From contig JBFWVI010000039.1 of NCBI GenBank assembly GCA_050246815.1, positions 1-27,956 of the forward strand: a stretch of 27,956 nt of DNA, written 5' to 3'. Positions within the stretch are counted from its first letter, which is position 1, and the number at the start of each line of letters is the position of its first letter. Position numbers and translations under genes: made by a program. The DNA is from Bdellovibrionales bacterium. GTDB taxonomy: Bacteria > Bdellovibrionota > Bdellovibrionia > Bdellovibrionales > UBA1609. The notes beneath the pieces were generated by a model. The model was not told where the DNA came from. It made no database searches and worked only from the letters and a program-made list of their open reading frames with translations. Below, one piece after another: positions 19,088 through 27,956 of this stretch.

Positions 19088-19120
19088 ATAAAAAGCCGGG
19101 CAGAACGGCCCGGCTTTATT
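19088..19120 (-). terminator. Intrinsic terminator of glnB-glnA
   Basis: Minus strand AAAGCCGGGC-CGTTCT-GCCCGGCTTTTTATTTT. Confidence 0.8.
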
Positions 19121-19121
19121 A

Positions 19122-19150
19122 ATGCAATGCAGACGGAAAAAGAAGGGCCT
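19122..19150. repeat. 29-nt element shared with the RAYT 3' end
   Basis: ATGCAATGCAGACGGAAAAAGAAGGGCCT versus ATGCGGTGCAGACGGGAAAAGAAGGGCCT (751-779), 26/29 identical. Confidence 0.7.
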
Positions 19151-20564
19151 ACAAATCGAAATACAGGTAAAACTCGTAGGGGGAGGGGCGTTGTTGCATC
19201 GGAATGATTTCGCGCTCGTACTTGTAGTTGAGCCAAGTCTCTAGGAAATCCTTCGAGAACACGTCACCTTTCAGTAAGAAGCCCATGTCTTTTTGCAAAG
19301 CACCCAAGGCTTCGTCTAAAGTCTTTGGCACCGAAGGAACTTTGGCGGCTTCTTCCGGCGGCAAACCGTAAATGTCTTTTTCTAAGGGGTCGCCCGGATT
19401 GATCTTGTTCACCACACCGTCAATTCCGGCCATCAACATGGCGGCGAATGCCAAGTAAACGTTGGCGCTGGGGTCGGGCGTGCGAAACTCAATGCGTTTG
19501 GCTTTGGGGCTGGGGCCCGTGTTGGGGATGCGCATGGCGGCCGAACGGTTGCGATAGCTGTAAGCCAGTTTCACCGGCGCCTCAAAGCCCGGCACCAGAC
19601 GTTTGTACGAGTTGGTGGTTGGGTTGGTGATCGCGCAAAGGGCGGGCGCGTGTTTCAAAACGCCGCCGATGTAGTACAGTGCGTTTTGTGAAAGCCCGGC
19701 GTATTTGTCGCCGGCGAACAAGGGCTCTTTGCCTTTCCACAGCGACATGTGGCAGTGCATGCCCGAACCGTTGTCACCAAAGATCGGCTTTGGCATGAAG
19801 GTGGCCGTTTTGCCGTGGCGTCGGGCGACGTTTTTCACGATGTATTTGAACCACATCATTTTGTCGGCCACGTCAACCAAGGTATCAAAGCGGATATTGA
19901 TTTCGCACTGACCCGCAGTGGCCACTTCGTGGTGCTGACGTTCAACGATGATGCCGCATTTTTCCAGCTCCAAGCAGATTTCGGTGCGTAGATCGTGCAG
20001 CGAATCGGTGGGCAGCGCCGGGAAGTAACCCTCTTTATGACGGGGTTTATAACCTAAGTTGCGACCGTTTTCGTCGCGGCCGGTGTTCCAAGTCGCTTCA
20101 TCCGAATCCACTTGGTAAAAACCGCCGTAGGCGTTTTGATCATAGCGAACGTCGTCGAAAATAAAAAATTCGGCTTCCGGACCAAAGAACGCGGTGTCGG
20201 CAATGCCCGTCGATTTCAAAAAGGCCACGGCTTTTTTGGCAATCTGGCGGGGGTCGCGGTCATAGGGCTCATGGGTGTCGGGCTGAACGATGTCACAGAT
20301 CAGCGAGAGGGTGGGTACTTCCATGAAGGGGTCGATTTTTGCGGTGCCGGGGTCAGGCATCACGGTCATGTCGGACTCGTGAATATTGCGCCAGCCGCGA
20401 ATCGAACTGCCGTCGATGCTCAAACCCTCTTCAAAGGTGGCCTCGGTCAGCTCACTCATGGGAATAGTGAAGTGCTGCCACATTCCAGGCAGATCCACGA
20501 ATTTGAGGTCAACCATCTTGGCGCCTCGTTCTTTGGCAAACTTCAGGACATCAGCAGGGGTCAT
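19149..20564 (-). CDS. glnA: Glutamine synthetase type I (GSI-beta)
   Basis: [66 protein letters not shown]. The adenylylation Tyr is retained (KDIYGLP). Confidence 0.98.
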   Translation of the reverse strand: MTPADVLKFAKERGAKMVDLKFVDLPGMWQHFTIPMSELTEATFEEGLSIDGSSIRGWRNIHESDMTVMPDPGTAKIDPFMEVPTLSLICDIVQPDTHEPYDRDPRQIAKKAVAFLKSTGIADTAFFGPEAEFFIFDDVRYDQNAYGGFYQVDSDEATWNTGRDENGRNLGYKPRHKEGYFPALPTDSLHDLRTEICLELEKCGIIVERQHHEVATAGQCEINIRFDTLVDVADKMMWFKYIVKNVARRHGKTATFMPKPIFGDNGSGMHCHMSLWKGKEPLFAGDKYAGLSQNALYYIGGVLKHAPALCAITNPTTNSYKRLVPGFEAPVKLAYSYRNRSAAMRIPNTGPSPKAKRIEFRTPDPSANVYLAFAAMLMAGIDGVVNKINPGDPLEKDIYGLPPEEAAKVPSVPKTLDEALGALQKDMGFLLKGDVFSKDFLETWLNYKYEREIIPMQQRPSPYEFYLYFDL

Positions 20565-20587
20565 GGGGCCTCCGCGGCGGGTTAAAG

Positions 20588-20986
<399 letters not shown>

Positions 20987-21072
20987 TCATTGTAGAGGTT
21001 GTTTGCGCCTCACTGCGCGAGTTGGTATACCGCTGCCTTCGCTTTTTTAAGGTTGCGTGTGGGGGACAACGA

Positions 21073-21681
21073 ATGGCAGTCGTCGAGAACCTTTTTGTCT
21101 ATGGGCCCTGGTGTAAGGGTGGATTGCAATTTCAATTGCTTGAGCCCTATGTCGAAAACTTAAGTGAAGCCTATATATTAGGTCGCTGTCTTCGAACTCA
21201 TGTGGGCTACCCGGTTTATCTATCCCAGGGGACCGACCGTATTCCCGGCCAGCTTGTCACGCTGCGTGGCCCGGATCTTTTGTGGCGCCTTCTTGAGGAG
21301 TTTCACGCAGTTCACCCCACCCATCCCGAGCGGGGACTCTACCAACGCCTGACTCGCGAAGTGGTTTTGGTTAACAGTGAGGAGCGCCTTTTGGCCACTG
21401 TTTTTGCCGTTTCGGAAAGCCAGGTGAATTCCTCTTGGGGCCCAGTGCTGGCGGGCGATTGGCGGCTCTGCCTTAAAACCACGCCGGCATTGCCCGAGCG
21501 GATGACCCCCCGTCAAAAGAACTATATTCAGCGCCTAGGGCGTTCGACAGGCCGCGAAATCATTCCCATTGACTTGGATTTATACCGTGAGTTGATGAAG
21601 CTGCAATTGATTGTCGACAAAGGGCGTCGACTTGCGCTATCGCCCTTGGGCAGAGAGGTTCTGCGTTATCTGCCGACCTAA
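21073..21681 (+). CDS. Gamma-glutamylcyclotransferase (AIG2-like) fold protein with a C-terminal winged-helix-like extension
   Basis: LFVYG, GYPVY, IPGQLV, LYQR pattern. GGGGGA SD before ATG 21073. Confidence 0.7.
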   Translation: MAVVENLFVYGPWCKGGLQFQLLEPYVENLSEAYILGRCLRTHVGYPVYLSQGTDRIPGQLVTLRGPDLLWRLLEEFHAVHPTHPERGLYQRLTREVVLVNSEERLLATVFAVSESQVNSSWGPVLAGDWRLCLKTTPALPERMTPRQKNYIQRLGRSTGREIIPIDLDLYRELMKLQLIVDKGRRLALSPLGREVLRYLPT

Positions 21682-21693
21682 GGAAAGGTTCTT

Positions 21694-22176
21694 TTGCCCC
21701 CTCAGTATCCGCACACTAATTTTAATGTGGTTTTGATTGAACCCGAAATTCCCAACAACACGGGCAATATCGGGCGCACGTGTGTGGGCAACTATTGCCA
21801 ACTTCATTTGGTTGGTAAATTGGGCTTTGAAATTTCGGACAAACAATTGCGCCGTGCGGGTTTGGACTATTGGCAGCACCTGATTTGGCATCACCACCAA
21901 ACCTTCGAACAATGGTGGTCATTGGTCGAAGACCCCTCAAGGGTTTTCTTTTTTTCAAAAAAAGCCGAGCGCGGACTGTATGAGGCCGAATTTCGTCAAG
22001 GCGACTGGCTGGTGTTCGGCAAAGAAACGAAGGGGCTGGATGAGGCCCTATTGTCTAAATTTCATCCTCACACGGTTAAAATCCCCTTCGAAGGTCCTAT
22101 TCGCAGTTTGAATTTGGCCTCGGCTGTGGCCGTGGGCGTCTATGAGGGCTTGCGCCAGATATGGCAAAGAGAGTAA
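21694..22176 (+). CDS. trmL: tRNA (cytidine/uridine-34 2'-O)-methyltransferase, SpoU family
   Basis: VVLIEPEIPNNTGNIGRTC, LRRAGLDYW, VFGKETKGL, IRSLNLA. Confidence 0.95.
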   Translation: MPPQYPHTNFNVVLIEPEIPNNTGNIGRTCVGNYCQLHLVGKLGFEISDKQLRRAGLDYWQHLIWHHHQTFEQWWSLVEDPSRVFFFSKKAERGLYEAEFRQGDWLVFGKETKGLDEALLSKFHPHTVKIPFEGPIRSLNLASAVAVGVYEGLRQIWQRE

Positions 22177-22187
22177 CTTAAGCGCTT

Positions 22188-24908
22188 ATGGTTTCACGAG
22201 TCTTAACGAAATTTTTCGGCACCAAACATGAGCGCGATATGCGCAAGCTTCAACCGCTGGTCGATCGAATCGCCAGCTTTGAACCCACGCTACAGGCTTT
22301 AAGCGACAGCCAGTTGCAGGCCAAGACCCCGGAGTTCAAACAGCGCTTGGCCGCAGGTGCCACGTTAGACGATATTTTGCCCGAAGCTTTTGCGGTTTGT
22401 CGTGAGGCTTCGCGGCGTGTGCTGGGCATGCGCCACTACGACGTGCAAATGATTGGCGGCATTGTTCTTCACCGCGGCGGCATCGCCGAGATGAAAACCG
22501 GTGAAGGCAAAACCCTGGTCGCCACGCTGCCGGTTTATTTGAACGCGCTTTCGGGTAAGGGTGTTCACCTGGTGACCGTGAACGATTATTTGGCCAAACG
22601 CGACAATGAATGGATGGGCCGGGTGTACAACTGGCTGGGGCTGACCACCGGCACGATTGTACACGATCTTTCTGATGACGAGCGCCGCGAAGCTTATGGC
22701 GCCGATATCACCTATGGCACCAACAACGAATTCGGCTTTGATTATCTGCGCGACAACATGAAGTTTGCGCTGGAAGATTACGTGCAGCGTGAGTTGAACT
22801 ACGCCATCGTCGACGAATGTGATTCGATCTTGATTGATGAGGCCCGTACGCCGTTGATTATTTCAGGACCAAAAGAGGACTCCACCGAAAAATACGCCGA
22901 AATCGACCGTATCATTCCTCATCTTCGCATGGACGTGCACTTCACCATGGAAGAGAAAACCAAAACCGCGTCGCTGACCGAAGAGGGCAACACCAAGGTC
23001 GAAGAGCTTTTGCAGGTCGGCAACCTTTACGACGCGCAAAATATCGAACTGTTGCACCACTTGTATCAAGCCTTAAAGGCCCATCACTTGTACAAGCGCG
23101 ATGTCGATTACATGGTCAAAGATGACGAGATCGTGATCGTCGATGAATTCACCGGCCGTCTGATGCCGGGGCGTCGCTGGAGCGATGGTCTGCACCAAGC
23201 CATTGAGGCCAAAGAAAAGGTCAAAGTTAAAAACGAAAACCAAACTTTGGCGACCGTCACGTTTCAAAATTATTTTCGTATGTACAACAAAATGGCCGGT
23301 ATGACCGGAACGGCTGACACGGAAGCGGTGGAATTTAAAAAGATCTACAACTTAGATGTGCATGTGATTCCCACCAACAAGGCCATTCGTCGTCTGGATT
23401 TGGAAGATGTGGTTTATGGCAACGAAAAGGGCAAGTTCAAAGCCATTGTCGAAGACATCAAAGCCCGCCAAGCCAAGGGCCAGCCTGTGTTGGTTGGAAC
23501 GGTCAGCATCGAAAAGTCAGAAAAATTGAGCCGAGCTTTAAAAAACGATGGCATTACTCACAATGTCTTAAACGCCAAACACCACGAGCGCGAAGCCGAA
23601 ATCGTGGCGCAAGCGGGCCGCAAAGCGGGTGTGACGATTGCCACCAACATGGCCGGCCGTGGAACTGATATTTTGTTGGGCGGCAACCCCGAATTTTTGG
23701 CCCGCCATGAAGCGGGGCCTGAGGCCACTCCCGAACAGATCGACACCTTGATCAATAAATATCGTGCCCAGTGCGAAAGCGACCGCAAACATGTCGTCGA
23801 CGCGGGTGGGCTGTACATTATCGGCACGGAACGCCATGAATCCCGCCGGGTCGACAACCAGTTGCGCGGCCGCGCTGGCCGCCAGGGCGATCCCGGTGAA
23901 TCGCGCTTTTATTTGTCGTTAGAAGACAACTTGATGCGGATTTTCAACGGTGAAAAAATCCAGTGGATCATGAGTAAAATGAACATCCCCGAAGACGAGC
24001 CCATCACCGCCGGGATGGTGACCCGGGCGATCGAAGGCGCGCAGCGCAAGGTTGAGGGCCATAACTTTGATATTCGCAAACACTTGCTTGAATACGACAA
24101 CGTCATGAACCAGCAGCGCACGGCGATCTATGCGATGCGCCGCCGTGTTTTGAAGGGTGAAGAACTTGAGCGCCTGCTGCTCGATTTCTTGTCGGAAGTG
24201 ACTTCGGATCTTTTGGATCTTTATGCCAACGACAAAGTTCGCAAAGAAGATTGGGATTTGAATGCTTTGAATGTCGGCTTGGGCCGCCAATTTGGCATCC
24301 AGTTGGACTTTGGCGATCGGCATAACATCAACGGCGAAAAAATTACGGCCGCTGTAAGCGCTGCGGTTAAACAGCAGTTTGATGTTCAGAAAAAAGAACT
24401 GGGTGATTATTTTGTACAGCTGTCGCGGATGCTGCTGCTGCAATCGATCGATGCGCGGTGGAAAGAACATTTGGAGCGCGTTGATCGCACCAAAGAGGGC
24501 ATCAATCTGCGTGCCTACGCGCAAAAAGATCCTTTGATCGAATATAAAAAAGAAGCCTTCAACTTGTTCCAAGAAATGAACGCTCTGATTCGCAGCGAGA
24601 CGGTTGAAAAATTCATGAAAGTGAAATTGGTCACCCCCGACAGCGCGCGCGAAGCCTTGGCCCACCGGCAGGAACTTCGCCAGACCGAGCTGAACTATTC
24701 AGGCGCCAGCGAAGCCGAAGCGGGGGGTGGATTTTTTCAAGCTCCGCCGCCTCCGGGAATGCCCAGTAAACCGGCCGGCCCCGAAAGCGGCCGCGGCCGA
24801 ACCTTCAATGTGGGCCCCGGTCCCGGCGATGACGAACAAAACCGGATGAATCGCGAAAACCGTCGCCGCATGGAAAAGCAAAACCGCAAAAAGCGCCTGA
24901 AGGTTTAA
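22188..24908 (+). CDS. secA: Preprotein translocase ATPase SecA
   Basis: [71 protein letters not shown]. Confidence 0.99.
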   Translation: MVSRVLTKFFGTKHERDMRKLQPLVDRIASFEPTLQALSDSQLQAKTPEFKQRLAAGATLDDILPEAFAVCREASRRVLGMRHYDVQMIGGIVLHRGGIAEMKTGEGKTLVATLPVYLNALSGKGVHLVTVNDYLAKRDNEWMGRVYNWLGLTTGTIVHDLSDDERREAYGADITYGTNNEFGFDYLRDNMKFALEDYVQRELNYAIVDECDSILIDEARTPLIISGPKEDSTEKYAEIDRIIPHLRMDVHFTMEEKTKTASLTEEGNTKVEELLQVGNLYDAQNIELLHHLYQALKAHHLYKRDVDYMVKDDEIVIVDEFTGRLMPGRRWSDGLHQAIEAKEKVKVKNENQTLATVTFQNYFRMYNKMAGMTGTADTEAVEFKKIYNLDVHVIPTNKAIRRLDLEDVVYGNEKGKFKAIVEDIKARQAKGQPVLVGTVSIEKSEKLSRALKNDGITHNVLNAKHHEREAEIVAQAGRKAGVTIATNMAGRGTDILLGGNPEFLARHEAGPEATPEQIDTLINKYRAQCESDRKHVVDAGGLYIIGTERHESRRVDNQLRGRAGRQGDPGESRFYLSLEDNLMRIFNGEKIQWIMSKMNIPEDEPITAGMVTRAIEGAQRKVEGHNFDIRKHLLEYDNVMNQQRTAIYAMRRRVLKGEELERLLLDFLSEVTSDLLDLYANDKVRKEDWDLNALNVGLGRQFGIQLDFGDRHNINGEKITAAVSAAVKQQFDVQKKELGDYFVQLSRMLLLQSIDARWKEHLERVDRTKEGINLRAYAQKDPLIEYKKEAFNLFQEMNALIRSETVEKFMKVKLVTPDSAREALAHRQELRQTELNYSGASEAEAGGGFFQAPPPPGMPSKPAGPESGRGRTFNVGPGPGDDEQNRMNRENRRRMEKQNRKKRLKV

Positions 24909-25013
24909 TTGCTCGGCCGCCCGTTTTGCGGATGGCTGTTGCATTGGGCTTAAGAGCTTTAACTTGCCGATAGGCTTGTTGATTGCACCAGAGGGACGCA
25001 TAGGAGCGAGGAA

Positions 25014-25337
25014 ATGAAAAAAATCAAAAGCAGAAAAAGTTTTTCGCGCACCCGCCTGTTGCCACCCCTCAAAGCAAAAGATGTCCCAGCCACAGCGGGT
25101 ATGCTTTACGCCACACGTGATGAATTAAAGGCCGATATTCGCCGACTCGAGTTTAATTTTGATAAACTTGAAAATAAATTTGATGCGAAGTTTGAAATTT
25201 TAAACGGTAGAATCCATCAGCTTGCGCTTTTGGTCGAAGAGCAAAATGCCCGCAACCGCGTGGTCCAGGACGGTCTAGACCATATTTTTCAACGGCAGGG
25301 GCGTATCGAAGGCGAATTCGTGAAGCGTTTTGGCTAA
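25014..25337 (+). CDS. Small coiled-coil hypothetical protein
   Basis: AGGAG SD and heptad-like LKADIRRLEFNFDKLENKFDAKF. Confidence 0.6.
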   Translation: MKKIKSRKSFSRTRLLPPLKAKDVPATAGMLYATRDELKADIRRLEFNFDKLENKFDAKFEILNGRIHQLALLVEEQNARNRVVQDGLDHIFQRQGRIEGEFVKRFG

Positions 25338-25437
25338 AAGAGCGATCGCGTCTCGCCCAAGATCCAGCTTGCATTTGAAATTCTGATTTCGCAGACACGG
25401 TTTTCCCAGTAAAATTAAGGCCTGGGGGATTCGACCT

Positions 25438-26064
25438 TTGGCGCAGTGCCCATCATGTCAAACAGAACTCAAAGACGATTTTGGCTTGGTCGATTGCGCC
25501 AACTGCGGTGCTGCTTTGTATATCGAATTCGACGGCAGCGTCAGCCTGCGTGATGCGGGTGGGGTTGGCAATACGCCAACGCCGCAATCGATGCCTCAGG
25601 TGCCAATTGCATCGCAGGCTGGGTTTTCCTTGCGCGAGCCAACACAAAACTTCGCGATGCCGCAAGCAGCGGAAACGAGCAGTGCCCCGGAGCCTTTGAT
25701 CGAACAAGAGGTGCCGATGCATTCGCTGCCCGCCGTGGCCATGTCAGAGCCTGCCGTGGGCGGCGTCATGATGGACGACTTGGCCGCTTATGGGAATTCA
25801 CAAGAGTCTGCCGGGCGTGACGGCGCTTATTTTTATGATCTGGTGATTTCGGGGATTGATTCGGCTGACTTGCGTAAAGAAATCAAAGAGGCTCTGACCG
25901 ATCAAATGTTTTTATGGGATGCGGAGGCCTTGATTCGCAGCATGAACTTGGGCGAGTTGGTGATTTCACGGGTGACGTCAGTGAAGGCGGCGCTTTTGGT
26001 GCAGCGACTGACGGGCATATCCGTCAAACTAAGATGGACACAACATGCAGTCATTGAAGCTTAA
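25438..26064 (+). CDS. Zinc-ribbon domain protein with a low-complexity linker and a C-terminal alpha/beta domain
   Basis: CPSC...CANC at the N-terminus and a Pro/Gln/Ala linker. TTG start with a GGGGGA SD. Confidence 0.7.
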   Translation: MAQCPSCQTELKDDFGLVDCANCGAALYIEFDGSVSLRDAGGVGNTPTPQSMPQVPIASQAGFSLREPTQNFAMPQAAETSSAPEPLIEQEVPMHSLPAVAMSEPAVGGVMMDDLAAYGNSQESAGRDGAYFYDLVISGIDSADLRKEIKEALTDQMFLWDAEALIRSMNLGELVISRVTSVKAALLVQRLTGISVKLRWTQHAVIEA

Positions 26065-26626
26065 AAATATCCTGACTTTCGTGGTGGCACTGTTGTTGGC
26101 CACGGTGGCTTATGCCAGCGAAGAGGCAAAAGAAGAGCCCAAAGAGGGGGCGCCGGGCGGACCGGCAAGCAAAGAGAGTATCGAGTACGCCAAGAAAGAA
26201 GCACGTCTGAACACCCTGCGCGGCCGCATCGATGAAGCCAACAAACGTTTTGCCGAGCTGATCGAACAAAAAAATGCCAGTAAAGATCCCCAGGTTAAAC
26301 AGCGCCTGGCCGAAGAGATGATCGCCGTCGCCAAAGAGCGCAATGGGTGGGTTGGCGAGTTGACCAGCCTGCGCCAAGAGGTCATGTACCAATACCCAAA
26401 CAAGGGTCAGGCCATCGACAAAAAATTTATGCCCGGCGTGCGCAAGGGCAATCCCGAGGCCGAACATGATTCGGGGCTGGATGTAAAATTGAGTGAAACC
26501 AAAAAAAACGTCGATAAAAAATATGGCCCGCTGATACCCAAAGAGGATCAAGAGGCCGAAGCTGCTTCGGCTAAGCCGGCAAAGGCCGCGGCCGATCAGC
26601 CCAAAAAACTTCGTTTGGAAAAGTGA
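26045..26626 (+). CDS. Secreted coiled-coil hypothetical protein
   Basis: Signal peptide ...ILTFVVALLLATVAYA and a charged helical body. Confidence 0.7.
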   Translation: MQSLKLKNILTFVVALLLATVAYASEEAKEEPKEGAPGGPASKESIEYAKKEARLNTLRGRIDEANKRFAELIEQKNASKDPQVKQRLAEEMIAVAKERNGWVGELTSLRQEVMYQYPNKGQAIDKKFMPGVRKGNPEAEHDSGLDVKLSETKKNVDKKYGPLIPKEDQEAEAASAKPAKAAADQPKKLRLEK

Positions 26627-26629
26627 ACT

Positions 26630-27250
26630 TTAAGAAAACGGATTCTTAAAGACGAAGACGGGACCGTCGTTGCGGATTTCAACGATGCCAAAGCCTTCGT
26701 TGCTTAAACCATGACTGCTCAACACGCCCAAGGGTGTGGCGACGGGCAAAGGGTACGCGCAATCCCCCGTCATCGTCAGTTGGGTGGGTTCAAGGGCCAC
26801 CACTGAAAAGACTCCCTTCAGTTGCAGGGGCCATTTGCCCGCGCTAAAGCCGCACACGCTCCAGTCTAAGTCGCATTCAGTGGGCTTGGGGCGGGTGCAC
26901 AAAAAGCGATGGATTTCGCCCAAGTTGATAAGCTCGTGATCGCGCCGTCCACCCAAAAAGCCGACCATCGACAGGCGGCTTAAATGTTGGGGCATGTGGC
27001 GCAGCACATAGGCCAGGTCCGAAAAGTCTTTGGCCGCCGGCAGCAGATGGTCGACTTGCTCCACCGAGGAATCCCCATCGCCGACGCTAATGTGCAGAGG
27101 GCTTTGCCCCTGATGGCGGCTGCCCCCATCTATAAATATACAGGGTTCGGGCCATTTGGCCCGAGGTGCAGCCAGTGGGCCCACCAAAGTGACCTCTTGG
27201 ACTGAGGTCAGTTGACTCAAAAAGGTTTGCCAACGATCCGGATTATTCAC
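26630..27250 (-). CDS. Thiamine pyrophosphokinase-like protein (ThiN/TPK family)
   Basis: IDGG, VGDGDS, KDFSDL, LGGRRDHELINL, YPL, GLSNE motifs. Confidence 0.8.
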   Translation of the reverse strand: MNNPDRWQTFLSQLTSVQEVTLVGPLAAPRAKWPEPCIFIDGGSRHQGQSPLHISVGDGDSSVEQVDHLLPAAKDFSDLAYVLRHMPQHLSRLSMVGFLGGRRDHELINLGEIHRFLCTRPKPTECDLDWSVCGFSAGKWPLQLKGVFSVVALEPTQLTMTGDCAYPLPVATPLGVLSSHGLSNEGFGIVEIRNDGPVFVFKNPFS

Positions 27251-27648
27251 GGGCTTGCAGGGGTTTGGGAGGTTTTGCCTTTTTTGCGTTCAACCTCGGC
27301 ATCATTCACCAGTGTTTCATAGTCTTTAAGGATGGCGTCGCCATGGGTGGCCTCGGCGCTGACTTCGCGGGCGGGGGAGATGGCGGCCACGTGACCGTTG
27401 GTGAAGCGAACGTCTTTTTCATAGTGGCGGTCGCCGATATAGTAGACAAAAGTCCACAGGTCGCCGTCATTTTGGCGAACGGTGCGCTTGGGGTTGCCCG
27501 CGAGGTCCAAAACTTGGGTTTTATCCATGCCGGTTTGCAGTTTTTCTAAGTTTTGATGGGCGGGGCTGGCACAGGCACAAACCATAAAAGCAACACTAGT
27601 GGCTGCGATCCTGGCAAAGTACTTCCTAAAATGATGGGTTGTGATCAT
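27247..27648 (-). CDS. SmpA/OmlA (BamE-like) outer-membrane lipoprotein
   Basis: Lipobox-like VCAC and LQTGMDKTQVLDLAGNP...WTFVY...V.F.NG.V. Confidence 0.75.
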   Translation of the reverse strand: MITTHHFRKYFARIAATSVAFMVCACASPAHQNLEKLQTGMDKTQVLDLAGNPKRTVRQNDGDLWTFVYYIGDRHYEKDVRFTNGHVAAISPAREVSAEATHGDAILKDYETLVNDAEVERKKGKTSQTPASP

Positions 27649-27708
27649 GGTTTTGGAGCCCTCCGATTTTTTAAGTTTACCCCGAGCCTGGGATCGAGGC
27701 GAGGAGGT

Positions 27709-27723
27709 GTTTCAAAATGAGAC
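27709..27723. promoter_or_regulatory. Palindromic operator GTTTCAAAATGAGAC
   Basis: Exact inverted copy of 14825-14839, in a divergent intergenic region. Confidence 0.6.
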
Positions 27724-27819
27724 AATGACGCGCCTCACCCGACGTGACTCGTTGACAGTCAAATGATAGCGTCCCGTGAAAAGAGAAACTTTAAAACCAT
27801 ACCTCGCGGTAAGACGACG

Positions 27820-27956
27820 ATGCAGACACAAGATACTTACAACCGTGGTGGCTTGATTGCCTTCATTTTTTCGATGGCCTTTTCATTGGCGTTTTTCGCC
27901 TACATCGGACTGATGCACCCCGGGATCGACCTCAAAGAAGTACCCACTGAAGCTCT
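27820..27956 (+). CDS. Partial membrane-anchored protein, possibly the N-terminus of a c-type cytochrome; runs off the window
   Basis: Open frame MQTQDTYNRGGLIAFIFSMAFSLAFFAYIGLMHPGIDLKEVPTEA... with one TM segment. The product guess is from recollection only, and no CxxCH is visible within the window. Confidence 0.5.
   Translation, partial: MQTQDTYNRGGLIAFIFSMAFSLAFFAYIGLMHPGIDLKEVPTEA

Noticed and set aside
23919..24665. 248-aa antisense ORF in secA and other shadow ORFs inside TPR, prkA, spoVR and glnA
   Set aside because: They lie opposite well-conserved genes and have no motifs, as expected from codon bias.
24946..24973. sigma28 or sigma54 promoter (GCCGATAG; CTTTAACTTGC)
   Set aside because: There is no properly spaced -35 box, and the -24 position is GA rather than GG.
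27752..27762. TTGACAGTCAA as an FNR/CRP site
   Set aside because: The half-site spacing is 1 nt rather than 4. It may simply be a -35 box.

Overview
A mostly chromosomal window, probably from a Bdellovibrionota-like bacterium. This is inferred from gene content and the many small signal-peptide proteins, not from a database match. Housekeeping content: phaR-like regulator; TPR lipoprotein plus LolB-like lipoprotein; prkA/yeaG-yeaH-spoVR; ybjQ-ybjQ-M48 peptidase; glnB-glnA; GGCT-like gene-trmL-secA; thiamine pyrophosphokinase-like gene; bamE-like gene. Two accessory patches: (i) 105-3768, a REP-associated HUH tyrosine transposase (RAYT) followed by a ~990-aa probably exported protein fusing a phospho-His domain and PPDK-type ATP-grasp dikinase module to an EreA/ChaN/TIKI-like domain; (ii) 13911-18978, small secreted orphans, a frameshifted Cys-rich gene, a GcvH paralogue lacking its lipoyl-lysine and an M13-like metallopeptidase. 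Notable non-coding signals: a 29-nt element (26/29 identical) shared between the RAYT 3' end and the site right after the glnA stop codon, and a 15-bp GTYTCA-N3-TGARAC palindrome recurring in intergenic regions, once abutting a sigma54-like promoter. I recognised no tRNA, rRNA or CRISPR array.
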